Assembly: GCA_963705295.1 (NCBI GenBank) | Contig: OY970065.1 | Coordinates: forward strand, 1,280,001 to 1,344,000 | Origin: Parachlamydiales bacterium | Lineage (GTDB): Bacteria; Chlamydiota; Chlamydiia; Chlamydiales; Rhabdochlamydiaceae | Reading direction: 5' to 3' | DNA: 64,000 bases | Shown: positions 19,021-29,429 of the stretch, piece by piece | How positions within the stretch are numbered: position 1 is the stretch's first letter | Layout: the number at the start of each line of letters is the position of its first letter | Position numbers and translations under genes: made by a program | The notes under the pieces: model-generated | What the model saw: the letters and a program-made list of their open reading frames with translations, nothing else | Told to the model about the DNA's origin: nothing | Databases searched by the model: none

Positions 19021-22000
19021 ATGCGAACCTTTAGAACTCTTGCACTTTTAACTTCTTCGGTTGTGTTATTTTCAGCCAATGTAGCGACAGATACCGATTT
19101 GCAAAATGCGATTATCAATGCAAATGCCGGATTAGATGAAACGATCAATTTTTTAAATAGCATCACTTTAACAGGTGCGATCGCTCCGAATTTAAGACCT
19201 GTCAATGTCGATCCTGGCTTCTCTCCGACATCGAATGCCATCACCATCAATGGGAATAACTTCTCATTGGGTGGTTCGAATACATTTAGAGGCTTTTTTG
19301 TCCGTGGGGGAACTGTCAACATCAATAACCTCAGCTTTAGTAGTAATTTAAGCCAAGGAGGAGTCGGCGGACAAGTTGGCGGTGGCGGCGGCGGTGGGAT
19401 TGGCGGAGCATTGATTGTTGGAACCGGAGCGACTGTAACAGTGGTAAATCCGTCTTTTGTGAATTCTAAGGCTCAAGGTGGTAATGGAGGCATTCCTGGA
19501 ACTGCTGGTAACAACGATCCATTGGCTGGCGGCGGTGGTGGTCTGGGCGGAGCTGGTGGTATTGGGGGATTCTTTGCGGGGGGTGGCGGTGGTGGTTTGG
19601 ATTTTCAGGGGGGCAACAATTCCATTCCTGGCGGTAATAGTTCTGGAGCTGGTGGAGGAGGTGTTGGTTCGATAGGAGGAAATTGTGTAGGCGATACTCC
19701 TGGTAATGGGGGTAATAATTATGCAGGTAGTGGAGGCGGAGCCGGCGGTGTTGCTTTCTTAGATAATGGATCACCTGGAGCCAATGGCGGAGGAGGTGGC
19801 GGGGGTCATGATAGTGATGGCCTCACTGGACCTGGTGGAGCGGGTGGTGCTGGAGGCATCGGCGGCGGCGGTGGAGGTGGCGGAGCAACGTCTCAAAACC
19901 AGAGTTTTGGTGGCGCTGGAGGAGATTTTGGAGGGGGCGGTGGCGGTGGATTTCAAGGTAGCGCAGGAGGAGCCGGTGGCTTCAGTGGAGGTGGAGGATG
20001 TGGTGGTAATACTGAGCCTTTTACTCCACAACTCAATGCAGGACCGGGTGGTAATGGGGGTTTTGGTGGCGGCGGCGGCGGTGGTGGTGGGGGACCAACA
20101 GGTGTTGGCGTTTTTCCAGGAGCAGGAGGAGTAGGAGGATTTGGAGGAGGCAATGGGGACAACGGGAGTCTTGCAGGCGGCTTTGGACCCAATGGAGCCG
20201 GGGGTGGAGGTGCTGGTTTTGGAGGAGCGATTTTTCTTCAAAATAGTTCAAATCTCACCATTCAAGGAGCTCCAAGTTTTTCAGGAAATAGTGTTGTTGC
20301 AGGAGTGAGTGGGGGTGGGAATGCTACAAATGGCTCGGCCTTAGGAGCCGATATCTTTATGATGTCGTCGTCACTACTCACGTTTGACATTACAAATACT
20401 TTGACATTGGCAAATCCGATCGAGAGTGATCAAGGAGCCGGGGGAGGAAGTACGACGGCCGGGGGTTTGACGAAAAGTGGTCCAGGAACTCTCGATTTTG
20501 CAACGTATAATCTCGCAAATACCTATACGGGTACGACAACCATTAATGATGGCATTTTAAAAATTGCCAGCGATCAGAATTTGGGAGCGGTTGCAAACCC
20601 GATTGTTATGAATACAGGTGTTGGGGTATCTCCGATTCTTCAAATTGCAGGGAATGTTGTAACGGCACGATCAACGACGGTCAATGGCACACAGACGGCA
20701 ACTTTTCAAATTCTTTCAGGTGCCTCTCTTATGGATTCTGGCCCTATATTTCTCAATGGAGCTAACTTGGCTGTAGATACAGCACTAGGGACATCTTCCA
20801 CTTTATCTGGAATCATCAGCGGAACCGGTTCTCTGACAAAACAAAACGGAGGTGTCCTGACACTTTCAGGGGCAAGTCCCAATATTTATACAGGTCTAAC
20901 AACGGTCAACGGCGGCACCCTTCTCTTGGATAAACCGGCAAATATCCAAGCAGTCGGAGGCGATACGGTGATCAATGGAGGCTTGCTTATTTGCGGAGCA
21001 TCGAATCAGCTCCCCTTCACATCAACCGTGACCCTCAATGGCGGTGCCTTTGACTTAAGTGGCAATCCAACCACCATCGGAACCCTGATCTATGATGGAG
21101 GAACCTTAGCTCAAGGTGGCGCTATTTTAAGTTTAAGCAGCCCTACAAATGCCTTGACAATGAGGAATACCGTGATCACGGGCGATATTAGTTTGACGCA
21201 CGGAGGAAGTGTTGTCTTTGATGCTACGAATAATGGAACGGCGCTCATTACGGGCGGTGTCAATTTGAATGGCTATAATGTCGATTTCGATATTGCCGAT
21301 GGGACGGCTCCGATCGATATGTTGATCAGCGGGGTGATTAGCAGCGGCGGTGTTCTCACAAAGACGGGTCGTGGAACCCTCTATTTGCTAGGACAAAATA
21401 CATACAGCGGTGGGACAAGGATCCTCGATGGTGTACTGCAGGGAAATACCAACAGTCTTCAAGGCAATATCGTCGATCATGCGACACTGATTTTTTATCA
21501 AGATTTTGATGGAACGTATAATGGTAACATTCGAGGATGGGGTCAACTTATCAAGAATGGCCTGGGAACAGTAACATTGGTGGGAAAAAACACCTATAGT
21601 GGTGGAACGATCATCAACTCAGGAGCCTTAGAAGGAAATACCCGATCTTTGCAGAAGAATATTCTGAATGATGCCACCATCATCTTCAACCAAACATCTC
21701 GTGGTGCCTTCAAAGGGGTTATCTCTGGCACTGGCGACTTGATCAAAATCGGTAAAGGAATGTTGGTGATCAGGAAGAAACAACACTACACAGGGCAGAC
21801 ATTCATTGAACAAGGCAAGCTGAGAGTCAATGGTGGTGGAAAAATTGCCGGAGATATTGTCGATAATTCAGTTTTGATTTTCCAGCAAAACAACAATGCT
21901 TCCTACTCAGGAAATATCAGCGGGGTTGGAAAAGTCATTAAAAGAGGTCAAGGAACTCTAGCACTCAAAGGAACCAATACCTATACATGTGGTACGAAGA

Positions 22001-23715
22001 TCATTGCAGGAGCCCTTAAGGGAAATACCCAAAGTATTACAGGGAATATTGTCGATAATGCGACGCTCATTTTTGATCAGAAGTTTAATGCTATTTTCAG
22101 CGGTAACATTAGCGGAAAGGGCGAACTGATAAAAACAGGAAATGCGACTTTGACACTGACAGGGGATAACACCTACACCGGTGGAACGATTGTTAAACAA
22201 GGAAAGCTCAAAGGGAATATTCCCGATATGGGAGATAACATTGTCAATGAAGGGATAGTGGTTCACGAAGGAAATGGTCACTTCAATGGCACAATGAAAG
22301 GAAAAGGAGAAGTTCATGTTACCGGAAGACTCGGAGGAAGTGGAACCACGACGTCTCTGACTGTCAAAAGAGGTGGACGAATTGCTCCTGGAAATAGCAT
22401 TGGAACCTTAAAAGTCTCCCATGACTATACTCAAGAGAAGGGAAGCACCTATGAACTTGAGGTCGGCAAAAAGAGCGACTTGATTCAGGTTTCTGGAAAA
22501 TCTCATCTCAAGGGTGGAACTGTCGATGTTGACATTATTGAAAGCGACTTCGCGATCAATAAACCGTACGTTATTTTAAAGGCTAAGAAAGGTCTCAAGG
22601 GGGCATTTGATAAAGCCCGTCTAGACCATCCGTATTTAACACCCGTTTTGAGTTATGATGACCATCATACCTACATGACACTCAAGAGTGATTTCGGAAA
22701 ATTTGCTAAAAACTCGAATGAAGCCCAAGTTGCAGAGCAGCTTGATGGACACCCATCGACACACTTCGATTTTTCGCATTCTCTCAATAAACTCTCGGGC
22801 GAGCAATATACGAACTTAATCTATATCGCTCAGCAGTCGGATCAAAGATTCATCCAAAGGATCTACTATCCCTTAGCCCGACGTATCGGAACCGAATGCC
22901 AACCAATAGAGGGGAATAAAACCAAAATCTGGACCGATGGTCAATGGGGAAGAAGCCATCAACATAATGACGACCATGCCAAAGGGTATAAGTCGAATGA
23001 TTGGAACTTCAGCTTAGGGATCCACCGTTATATCGGCACCCAAGGGACAATCGGAATAGCAGGTGCCTATGAGCAAAACCATGTCGACTTTAAAGCAGGC
23101 GGCGTCGGTCACTGCCATACCATTCTCGGAGCACTGTACGGCGCCTATAATCCCGACCCCATTTACATCATCTCGAACCTGGTTGCTGGATATAGTCATG
23201 ATAAAGTCAAAAGACCGATCCACTCCAAGAGAATTGCAGGATATCCGAAAATCAACCATGTCACGTTCTACACTGAAATCGGTGGAAACATCTTTACCGG
23301 TTGCGGCTCACTTCAACCATTTGCAGGTCTAGAAGTGCAACATTATCATCGAAGTTCATTTGAAGAACATGGCAGACACGCTCTCAAAGTCAAGGATAGA
23401 AATGTCAATCCTCTGAATAGCCGGTTGGGTCTTCACCTAGCAACTCTGGCTTGGTGTGAGTTTACCTTTGGAGCCGATGTTGCTTGGCTCCACCGTTTCT
23501 ACTTCCATAAGGACAAAATCCGCGCGAAGTTTAGAAAGTTTGGACATGAATTTAACGTCGAGGGTGTCGATGAACACCACGATGCTTTCCAAGGATCTTT
23601 GAACTTTACAGCAGCGCTTCCGAAAAATGTCGATCTTTTTGCTGAAGCCTCAGGCCAAGTATGGAGCCACTTTTACTCTTACACCTTCACCGGAGGACTA
23701 TCTTTCAGCTGGTAA
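19021..23715 (+). CDS. Second autotransporter, tandem paralog
   Basis: Same architecture; the last ~1.6 kb is near-identical to the upstream copy. Confidence 0.9.
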   Translation: MRTFRTLALLTSSVVLFSANVATDTDLQNAIINANAGLDETINFLNSITLTGAIAPNLRPVNVDPGFSPTSNAITINGNNFSLGGSNTFRGFFVRGGTVNINNLSFSSNLSQGGVGGQVGGGGGGGIGGALIVGTGATVTVVNPSFVNSKAQGGNGGIPGTAGNNDPLAGGGGGLGGAGGIGGFFAGGGGGGLDFQGGNNSIPGGNSSGAGGGGVGSIGGNCVGDTPGNGGNNYAGSGGGAGGVAFLDNGSPGANGGGGGGGHDSDGLTGPGGAGGAGGIGGGGGGGGATSQNQSFGGAGGDFGGGGGGGFQGSAGGAGGFSGGGGCGGNTEPFTPQLNAGPGGNGGFGGGGGGGGGGPTGVGVFPGAGGVGGFGGGNGDNGSLAGGFGPNGAGGGGAGFGGAIFLQNSSNLTIQGAPSFSGNSVVAGVSGGGNATNGSALGADIFMMSSSLLTFDITNTLTLANPIESDQGAGGGSTTAGGLTKSGPGTLDFATYNLANTYTGTTTINDGILKIASDQNLGAVANPIVMNTGVGVSPILQIAGNVVTARSTTVNGTQTATFQILSGASLMDSGPIFLNGANLAVDTALGTSSTLSGIISGTGSLTKQNGGVLTLSGASPNIYTGLTTVNGGTLLLDKPANIQAVGGDTVINGGLLICGASNQLPFTSTVTLNGGAFDLSGNPTTIGTLIYDGGTLAQGGAILSLSSPTNALTMRNTVITGDISLTHGGSVVFDATNNGTALITGGVNLNGYNVDFDIADGTAPIDMLISGVISSGGVLTKTGRGTLYLLGQNTYSGGTRILDGVLQGNTNSLQGNIVDHATLIFYQDFDGTYNGNIRGWGQLIKNGLGTVTLVGKNTYSGGTIINSGALEGNTRSLQKNILNDATIIFNQTSRGAFKGVISGTGDLIKIGKGMLVIRKKQHYTGQTFIEQGKLRVNGGGKIAGDIVDNSVLIFQQNNNASYSGNISGVGKVIKRGQGTLALKGTNTYTCGTKIIAGALKGNTQSITGNIVDNATLIFDQKFNAIFSGNISGKGELIKTGNATLTLTGDNTYTGGTIVKQGKLKGNIPDMGDNIVNEGIVVHEGNGHFNGTMKGKGEVHVTGRLGGSGTTTSLTVKRGGRIAPGNSIGTLKVSHDYTQEKGSTYELEVGKKSDLIQVSGKSHLKGGTVDVDIIESDFAINKPYVILKAKKGLKGAFDKARLDHPYLTPVLSYDDHHTYMTLKSDFGKFAKNSNEAQVAEQLDGHPSTHFDFSHSLNKLSGEQYTNLIYIAQQSDQRFIQRIYYPLARRIGTECQPIEGNKTKIWTDGQWGRSHQHNDDHAKGYKSNDWNFSLGIHRYIGTQGTIGIAGAYEQNHVDFKAGGVGHCHTILGALYGAYNPDPIYIISNLVAGYSHDKVKRPIHSKRIAGYPKINHVTFYTEIGGNIFTGCGSLQPFAGLEVQHYHRSSFEEHGRHALKVKDRNVNPLNSRLGLHLATLAWCEFTFGADVAWLHRFYFHKDKIRAKFRKFGHEFNVEGVDEHHDAFQGSLNFTAALPKNVDLFAEASGQVWSHFYSYTFTGGLSFSW

Positions 23716-25533
23716 TCCCCAAGCTTTCAGGTAGAAAGCGTGCTCTTTTTCGAGAGAGTCGCGGATGTTTTCCGATTTGCGGAAGCCATGCTGCTCTCCC
23801 TCGTAGATAATGAGGTCGGTGAGAATGCCTCGCTCTTTTAAGGCGAGGTACATCTTTTCAGCTTGGTCGAGAGGGACGATGAGGTCTTCTGCCCCTTGAA
23901 AAAATATCACCGGCGCGTGGAGTTTATCGACCTGGTAGAGGGGAGACCGCTGCTCGTAGAGTTTTTTTTCTGCGGGGTAGGGACCAACGAGAGAATCGAG
24001 ATAATCGGATTCAAATTTGTGCGTTTCCGCGGCAAGGGCGATTAAATCGCTGACTCCATAATAGCTGGCGCCGACAGTAAATCCCGAGCCAAAGGTGAGG
24101 GCTGCGAGCGTGGTATATCCGCCGGCACTACTTCCACGGATCGCAATCCGGCGCGGATCGGCTTTTTTATTCTGAATGAGAAAGTGTGCACCAGTTTCAC
24201 AATCTTCAACATCGACGATTCCCCACTTTCCCTTCAAAGCATCGCGGTACGGACGTCCATAGCCCGTGCTGCCACCATAATCGACATCGAGGAGTGCAAA
24301 CCCCCTTGTGGTCCAGTATTGGACTTTCAAATCAAATGTCGGATTCGTGGCCGCTGTGGGGCCGCCATGTGTCACGACAACAACAGGCGGAAGACTTCCT
24401 TCAGGGGCTTTGTAATCTTTATTGCGCGGCGGATAGTAAAAAGCGTGGGAGACTCGCCCCTTTTTACTAGGATAGGTTAAAAATTCGGGCTTGGAGAAAG
24501 ACTCCGGATCGAGATGAGGATAGATATTATGAGCTAGAATCGTCGTTTTGTGAGTTGCTAAATCGAGCTTGACGATCGACTTGTCTTCGGTGGCGGAGCC
24601 TGCAATGAAAACGGCATAATCGGGCGTGGCCCGAATCTGTGTGAAATAGGTCCAAGGAAGATCGAGAGGCTTGAAGGGAGGAGCAAACCCCAGAGACCAC
24701 ATGCCGCTGTTGACAGAGGCGGCAAGGAGCTCTTTTCCAGCAAACGCATACGTCGACATGCCAAAAACCCATTGAGGAAGGCCAAATTCAGCTTCCATGG
24801 GACAAAGTGATTCGATCTTGTGGTCGTGATACCGGTATATATTCCACCAGCCGGTTTTATCCGATACAAAATGGAGCACGCCATCGGGAGAAAAAGACGG
24901 CTCAAAAATCGATTCATTTTCGCTGCCGGCAATTTTTTTGAGATCCGTGAGATGTCCTCCTCTAAAATCACCGAGCCAAAGTTCCGTCCCATCCCAAGGC
25001 ATTTGCGGATGATTCCAAGCCAAAAAAGCGAGTTTCCCTCCATCGTGACTAAAAGTCGGAGACGAATAAAAATCTTTACCAAACGCGATTTTATCCCATT
25101 TTTTGGATTGCAAATGGAGAGAAATAAGGAAGTTATCATTCCCTTTTTCACCAACAGCCACCAGATAGTGGCCATGAATTTGTAGGTCTGCAAAACGGAT
25201 GCCCGGCTCCGTCAGAGGCTCCTCGTCCAAATAGATCCGCTGATCCTTGTCATTCACGAAATAGACTTTCCCATGGCTGACGGCAAAAGGAGCGCCTCCA
25301 TACTCATGCACCCGTGTCCGAGCGCTCATGGTTTCAGGAGTCATATCTTTTTTCTCACCATCAGGGGTCAATCGTACGACGACCGATCTCCCTTTTTCAG
25401 AGGGTCTCAGCTCGTCCCAGTAAATCATGGCCCCATCGAGAACAACGGTTCCATACCTTTTTTGGCTCATCGTGAGCCACTGCGCCGTGATGGGCGATTC
25501 CCAGGTTCCGTAAGGAGCTATTACTGCTGGCAT
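23698..25533 (-). CDS. S9 family peptidase (prolyl oligopeptidase / acylaminoacyl peptidase-like)
   Basis: APYGTWESPI, HGGPT, GSSAGG nucleophile, FQGAEDLIVP and GEQHGF. Confidence 0.95.
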   Translation of the reverse strand: MPAVIAPYGTWESPITAQWLTMSQKRYGTVVLDGAMIYWDELRPSEKGRSVVVRLTPDGEKKDMTPETMSARTRVHEYGGAPFAVSHGKVYFVNDKDQRIYLDEEPLTEPGIRFADLQIHGHYLVAVGEKGNDNFLISLHLQSKKWDKIAFGKDFYSSPTFSHDGGKLAFLAWNHPQMPWDGTELWLGDFRGGHLTDLKKIAGSENESIFEPSFSPDGVLHFVSDKTGWWNIYRYHDHKIESLCPMEAEFGLPQWVFGMSTYAFAGKELLAASVNSGMWSLGFAPPFKPLDLPWTYFTQIRATPDYAVFIAGSATEDKSIVKLDLATHKTTILAHNIYPHLDPESFSKPEFLTYPSKKGRVSHAFYYPPRNKDYKAPEGSLPPVVVVTHGGPTAATNPTFDLKVQYWTTRGFALLDVDYGGSTGYGRPYRDALKGKWGIVDVEDCETGAHFLIQNKKADPRRIAIRGSSAGGYTTLAALTFGSGFTVGASYYGVSDLIALAAETHKFESDYLDSLVGPYPAEKKLYEQRSPLYQVDKLHAPVIFFQGAEDLIVPLDQAEKMYLALKERGILTDLIIYEGEQHGFRKSENIRDSLEKEHAFYLKAWGLPAER

Positions 25534-26717
25534 GGTTGATTACACATTTGTTGTATAAGAGATCCAATTTCTTCGTTAAATCTGTTTTTGGGAATTTTCT
25601 GAAAAGACATTCTCATTTGATGACGGAGTTCTGAGTCGTACAAAAATTGCCGGACAATGGTTTCGGCTTCATTGAAATGAGTGATAAAATCACCGACGCC
25701 ATAATGCATGATGAGATCAATGTTGGCTTGCTCCCAACTGATGACCGGCGTTGTGCAATCGATGAGAATCGGGATTTGCATCGCAAGGGCTTCGGTCACA
25801 GACGTCGTGCCCGATTTTGTGATGATCAGATCGGAGAGCGCCATAAGCTCTGGGATTTTATCTGTGAATCCCATCACCGTCATCGAATTGGTGGGATGGA
25901 GCGGCATCTTTTTGAGATCGTCTGCAAGATCGGCATTTCTCCCTGCACACACAATGAAATGGACTCCCAGTTGAATCGTTCCCAAACTCTTGATATAACC
26001 CTTGGTCGTTTCGCCCCCAACCCCGCCAATCATGATCAGAATGACCGGTTTATGCTGTGGAATTTTATACAGACTCTTGAGATTTTCTGGATCTCTTTTC
26101 ACTAGAAAATCAGGCCGAATCGGCAGGCCCAGTGACGCAATGGCTGTGTCGGGTATGTTCCTTTTACGGAGCATTTCTCGGCTGCACCACAAATCGGTTC
26201 CTACCACCACTTTAAATTGTCGATGGGAAACGCCTTGAAGGCCATGCACCCAGGTCTGCAAATCGTTATCCGTGGTGATAATCAAGTACGGGATATTCAG
26301 TTTTCTGGCTGCCTCGCTGGCAGGATAGTTGATGAAGGGTATCAGTGAGATAACTAAATTCGGTTTTTCTTTCTCAATGTGGTTTGTAATCAACCCTTCC
26401 ATCTTGTTCTTATATGTTCTAAATACCTTCGGAGCCAGGTACCTAGAAACAACATTGACCGACCGAGTCCATCCATATTTCAGGGCCAAATTATAGAGGC
26501 TTTCTCCCGATTTCACACCCCAAATCTGCAACTCATCAATCGGATAAACGACCTTAAAATCATACTCGCTCTCTAACTTTGCCTTCAATGCTCCTGCAGC
26601 AGCATTGTGTCCATTTCCACCATTGCTGCACAAAATCAATAGCTTCTTCTTTGGCTCAGCAGAAAGAAACAGCGGAATTACAATGAGGAAGACGGCCCAT
26701 TTTTGTAGCATGTTCAT
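25521..26717 (-). CDS. MGDG-synthase-like GT28 glycosyltransferase
   Basis: GGNGHNAAA, GLPIRPDF and MALSDLIITKSGTTSVTEA. Confidence 0.85.
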   Translation of the reverse strand: MNMLQKWAVFLIVIPLFLSAEPKKKLLILCSNGGNGHNAAAGALKAKLESEYDFKVVYPIDELQIWGVKSGESLYNLALKYGWTRSVNVVSRYLAPKVFRTYKNKMEGLITNHIEKEKPNLVISLIPFINYPASEAARKLNIPYLIITTDNDLQTWVHGLQGVSHRQFKVVVGTDLWCSREMLRKRNIPDTAIASLGLPIRPDFLVKRDPENLKSLYKIPQHKPVILIMIGGVGGETTKGYIKSLGTIQLGVHFIVCAGRNADLADDLKKMPLHPTNSMTVMGFTDKIPELMALSDLIITKSGTTSVTEALAMQIPILIDCTTPVISWEQANIDLIMHYGVGDFITHFNEAETIVRQFLYDSELRHQMRMSFQKIPKNRFNEEIGSLIQQMCNQPCQQ

Positions 26718-26782
26718 TTCATGTTAGTATATGCAGCAATTTTTGATACATGGAAAATCCAAGGTCCGCTATAGGGTAAAAT

Positions 26783-27808
26783 ATGCCCCGGTGGATTCAG
26801 TCGATATTACTTTGTTTTCTCGTTTGTATTTCTTCTTGCAACAAACACCCCAACGTCGTGCTGCATCCGCAAAAAACTGGGATATCTACCATCAAAATTT
26901 ACGATGCATCTCGCCACCGTCCTTTGGTGACTGAGGTTTGGTATCCGATCGATAAGAACGTTCCAGCTTCGCACATCGAAGGGATGTGGGTCCGTTGTCC
27001 TGAAGCGCGCGATGCGCCCCTGAAAACATCATCTACAAAATATCCCCTCATCGTCATGTCTCACGGAAATGGGGGAGATCGGATGAACAATGCGTGGCTT
27101 GCAGAAATCCTCGCAGCCAATGGATATATCGTGGCCTCGGTCGACCATCACGGAAATACCTGGAATAATAAAATTGCCGAATGTTTTGTCAAAATATGGG
27201 AACGGCCCAAAGATGTCAGTTTTGTGATCGATCACCTTCTCACAGATGGACGATTTGGTGCCCATATCAATCCAGAAAAAATTGGATTTATTGGGTATTC
27301 TCTGGGCGGTCTGACAGGGATTTGGATGGCCGGCGGGCAAATTTGCAATTTCGGAAAAAGCGAGATGAGAAAGATTCCGTCCGATCAACTCCCCACCGCA
27401 ATCGATGAGGCTTTTCTCGATTCGGTCGATTTTTCACCCATCCAAGAATCATACCGAGATTCTCGCATCACCGCCGTCTTTGTGATGGCCCCTGCCCTCG
27501 GCCATTTATTCGATCTGACGAGTCTTCAGTCGATCTCGATCCCCGTCCATATCGTCGCCTCCGAAGGCGATAGCACCGTCTCCACCGAAAATAGCGCTAA
27601 AATCCTCGCCAGCAAAATCCGAAAAGCCGCCTTTACCCTCATCCCAGGGAGCGCCAACCACTATGTCTTCCTCAATGAAGTCACCAAGGGGGGCAAACTC
27701 CTCCTCGATAAGCGACTCGCCCATGACCCCCCTGACGTCGACCGTGCCAAAATCCACGAAGACATCGGCCATTCAGCCGTCCAGTTCTTCAACAAATTCC
27801 TCAAGTAA
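26783..27808 (+). CDS. Lipoprotein alpha/beta hydrolase (PAF-acetylhydrolase-like)
   Basis: Lipobox-like ISSC; SHGNGG, GYSLGG nucleophile and ANHYVF. Confidence 0.85.
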   Translation: MPRWIQSILLCFLVCISSCNKHPNVVLHPQKTGISTIKIYDASRHRPLVTEVWYPIDKNVPASHIEGMWVRCPEARDAPLKTSSTKYPLIVMSHGNGGDRMNNAWLAEILAANGYIVASVDHHGNTWNNKIAECFVKIWERPKDVSFVIDHLLTDGRFGAHINPEKIGFIGYSLGGLTGIWMAGGQICNFGKSEMRKIPSDQLPTAIDEAFLDSVDFSPIQESYRDSRITAVFVMAPALGHLFDLTSLQSISIPVHIVASEGDSTVSTENSAKILASKIRKAAFTLIPGSANHYVFLNEVTKGGKLLLDKRLAHDPPDVDRAKIHEDIGHSAVQFFNKFLK

Positions 27809-27815
27809 CAGTCTA

Positions 27816-27869
27816 TTAAAACCCAAAAAGTTGCAAAAAAGGTGTCTTAAATCCCAAAAAGTTGCAAAA
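27816..27869. promoter_or_regulatory. Two 23-bp direct repeats upstream of the Fic gene, candidate operator
   Basis: TTAAA(A/T)CCCAAAAAGTTGCAAAA at 27816 and 27847; 22/23 identical, 31-bp period. Confidence 0.5.
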
Positions 27870-28542
27870 TCAAGTATATAGGAACCCTTTAATGCCCAAA
27901 TCGTTGCCCGAGGTGTTTATTTCATCTGCTGATATCGCATCGTACGTTTCAAAAGAAGTCAGAAAGGGTACTTTGCGTAAGTTAGGGAGCCGAATATATA
28001 CGACGAATTTAAAAGAATCTCCAGAAACTTTAATTAAACGACATGTTTGGTTTCTAGTGGGTTCTTTTTTTCCAGGTGCAGTCATTGTCGATCGAACAGC
28101 CATGGAACACCGCCCTGCTAAGGATGGCTCGGTGTTTATCGTTTCTAAGAAAAAAAGGTCTATTGTTTTACCGGGACTTCGTATCTATCCAAGAAAGGGA
28201 CAGGGTCCACTTTCAGATGACAAACCGTTTATGGACAATCTTTATTTGTCTAGTTTGCCCAGAACCTATCTTGAGAATTTATGTCAACGACGGACCCGCA
28301 AAGGGAAAATATCTAGAGCACTTTCGCGAGAAGAAATAGAAGAAAAATTGGAGACTCTTCTACAAACAATTGGTGAAGAAGCCCTTCAGAAATTAAGAAA
28401 GGATGCAAAAAAGATCTCTTCGCAATTAAAAATGAACAAAGAATGGAAGGTCTTAGATCATTTAATTGGTGCTTTATTGGGGACACGTGAAGCCAAAGAA
28501 ATCCAATCGCCTCTTTATTTGGCACGGCTTCAAGGGTATCCT

Positions 28543-28714
28543 TATTAACCCGACACGCAAAAAAGAGACAACCTGCTGGCTGCACCCCTGACAGATCGAT
28601 CCTCCTTCTCGGCCTAGCCTTCGGCTATGATCCTCGTCGGTCGGACCGCTGACGCTTCGATCTGACAGGGGTTCGCTTACGCATCTTGTCTCTTTTTTGC
28701 GTGTCGGGTTAATA
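28543..28714 (-). mobile_element. Palindromic MITE-like element, copy C (core II)
   Basis: Perfect 29-bp arms TATTAACCCGACACGCAAAAAAGAGACAA; 172 bp. Its reverse complement aligns with 62238..62421. Confidence 0.92.
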
Positions 28715-28853
28715 CGACGCAAAACGTCTCGTAATGAGGATGAGTTCATTGCAATTTTAAAGAGACGCCATGCGCATCTTATGCAAATTCGTCCTGAAAT
28801 GAGACCAGGAGAATTTAAAACGGTGCAAAACCGAGCAGGATCAACTGTCTTTG

Positions 28854-29014
28854 TATTAACCCGAGAGGTCAAAAGGTGACAAGATGCGCTGCGAGGCAAA
28901 GCCAGATTGATTCTCGCGAGGATTACATTCTTGAATACGAAGGATTCCGAGCGAGAATCGATATGGCGAAGCCGCAGCAAGCAGGTTGTCACCTTTTGAT
29001 CTCTCGGGTTAATA
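28854..29014 (+). mobile_element. Palindromic MITE-like element, copy B (core I)
   Basis: 161 bp with TA at both ends; differs from copy A at only 4 positions by my reading. Confidence 0.93.
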
Positions 29015-29429
29015 ATGCCAGATCTTGTCGAAGGAACTTTAAGAAAAGGTTTTAAATGGCTTCAAGCTTTAGAGGCTCCTTTTCACAAAGCTGTTTATAG
29101 CCTATTTTTAATTACAGAAGTGCATCCCTTTATCGATGGAAATGGAAGATGTGCTCGCCTCATGATGAATTCTGAACTTATAGAAGCTCATCAATCCCGC
29201 ATTATTATTCCAACGATTTTAAGAAATAATCAATTGGTTGCGCTGAAGGCTCTGTCTCAAAATACCCGAGCAGAACCCCTCATCAAGATTTTAGATTTTG
29301 CTCAACACTATACGTCTCTCATCGATTGGAGTAGCTATCAAAAAGCTCTTAAAATGCTCCAAAAGACAAATGCATTCGAAGATTCCAACACAGCTGAGTT
29401 AATGGGCATTCATTTGATTTTGCCAAATA

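Noticed and set aside
15017..20251. Pro/Ser/His-rich antisense ORFs
   Set aside because: They are shadows of the Gly-codon runs in the autotransporter genes.
28474..28992. 172-aa minus-strand ORF as a possible transposase
   Set aside because: It is composed of the reverse strands of elements B and C plus Fic antisense sequence; no DDE or HUH motif.
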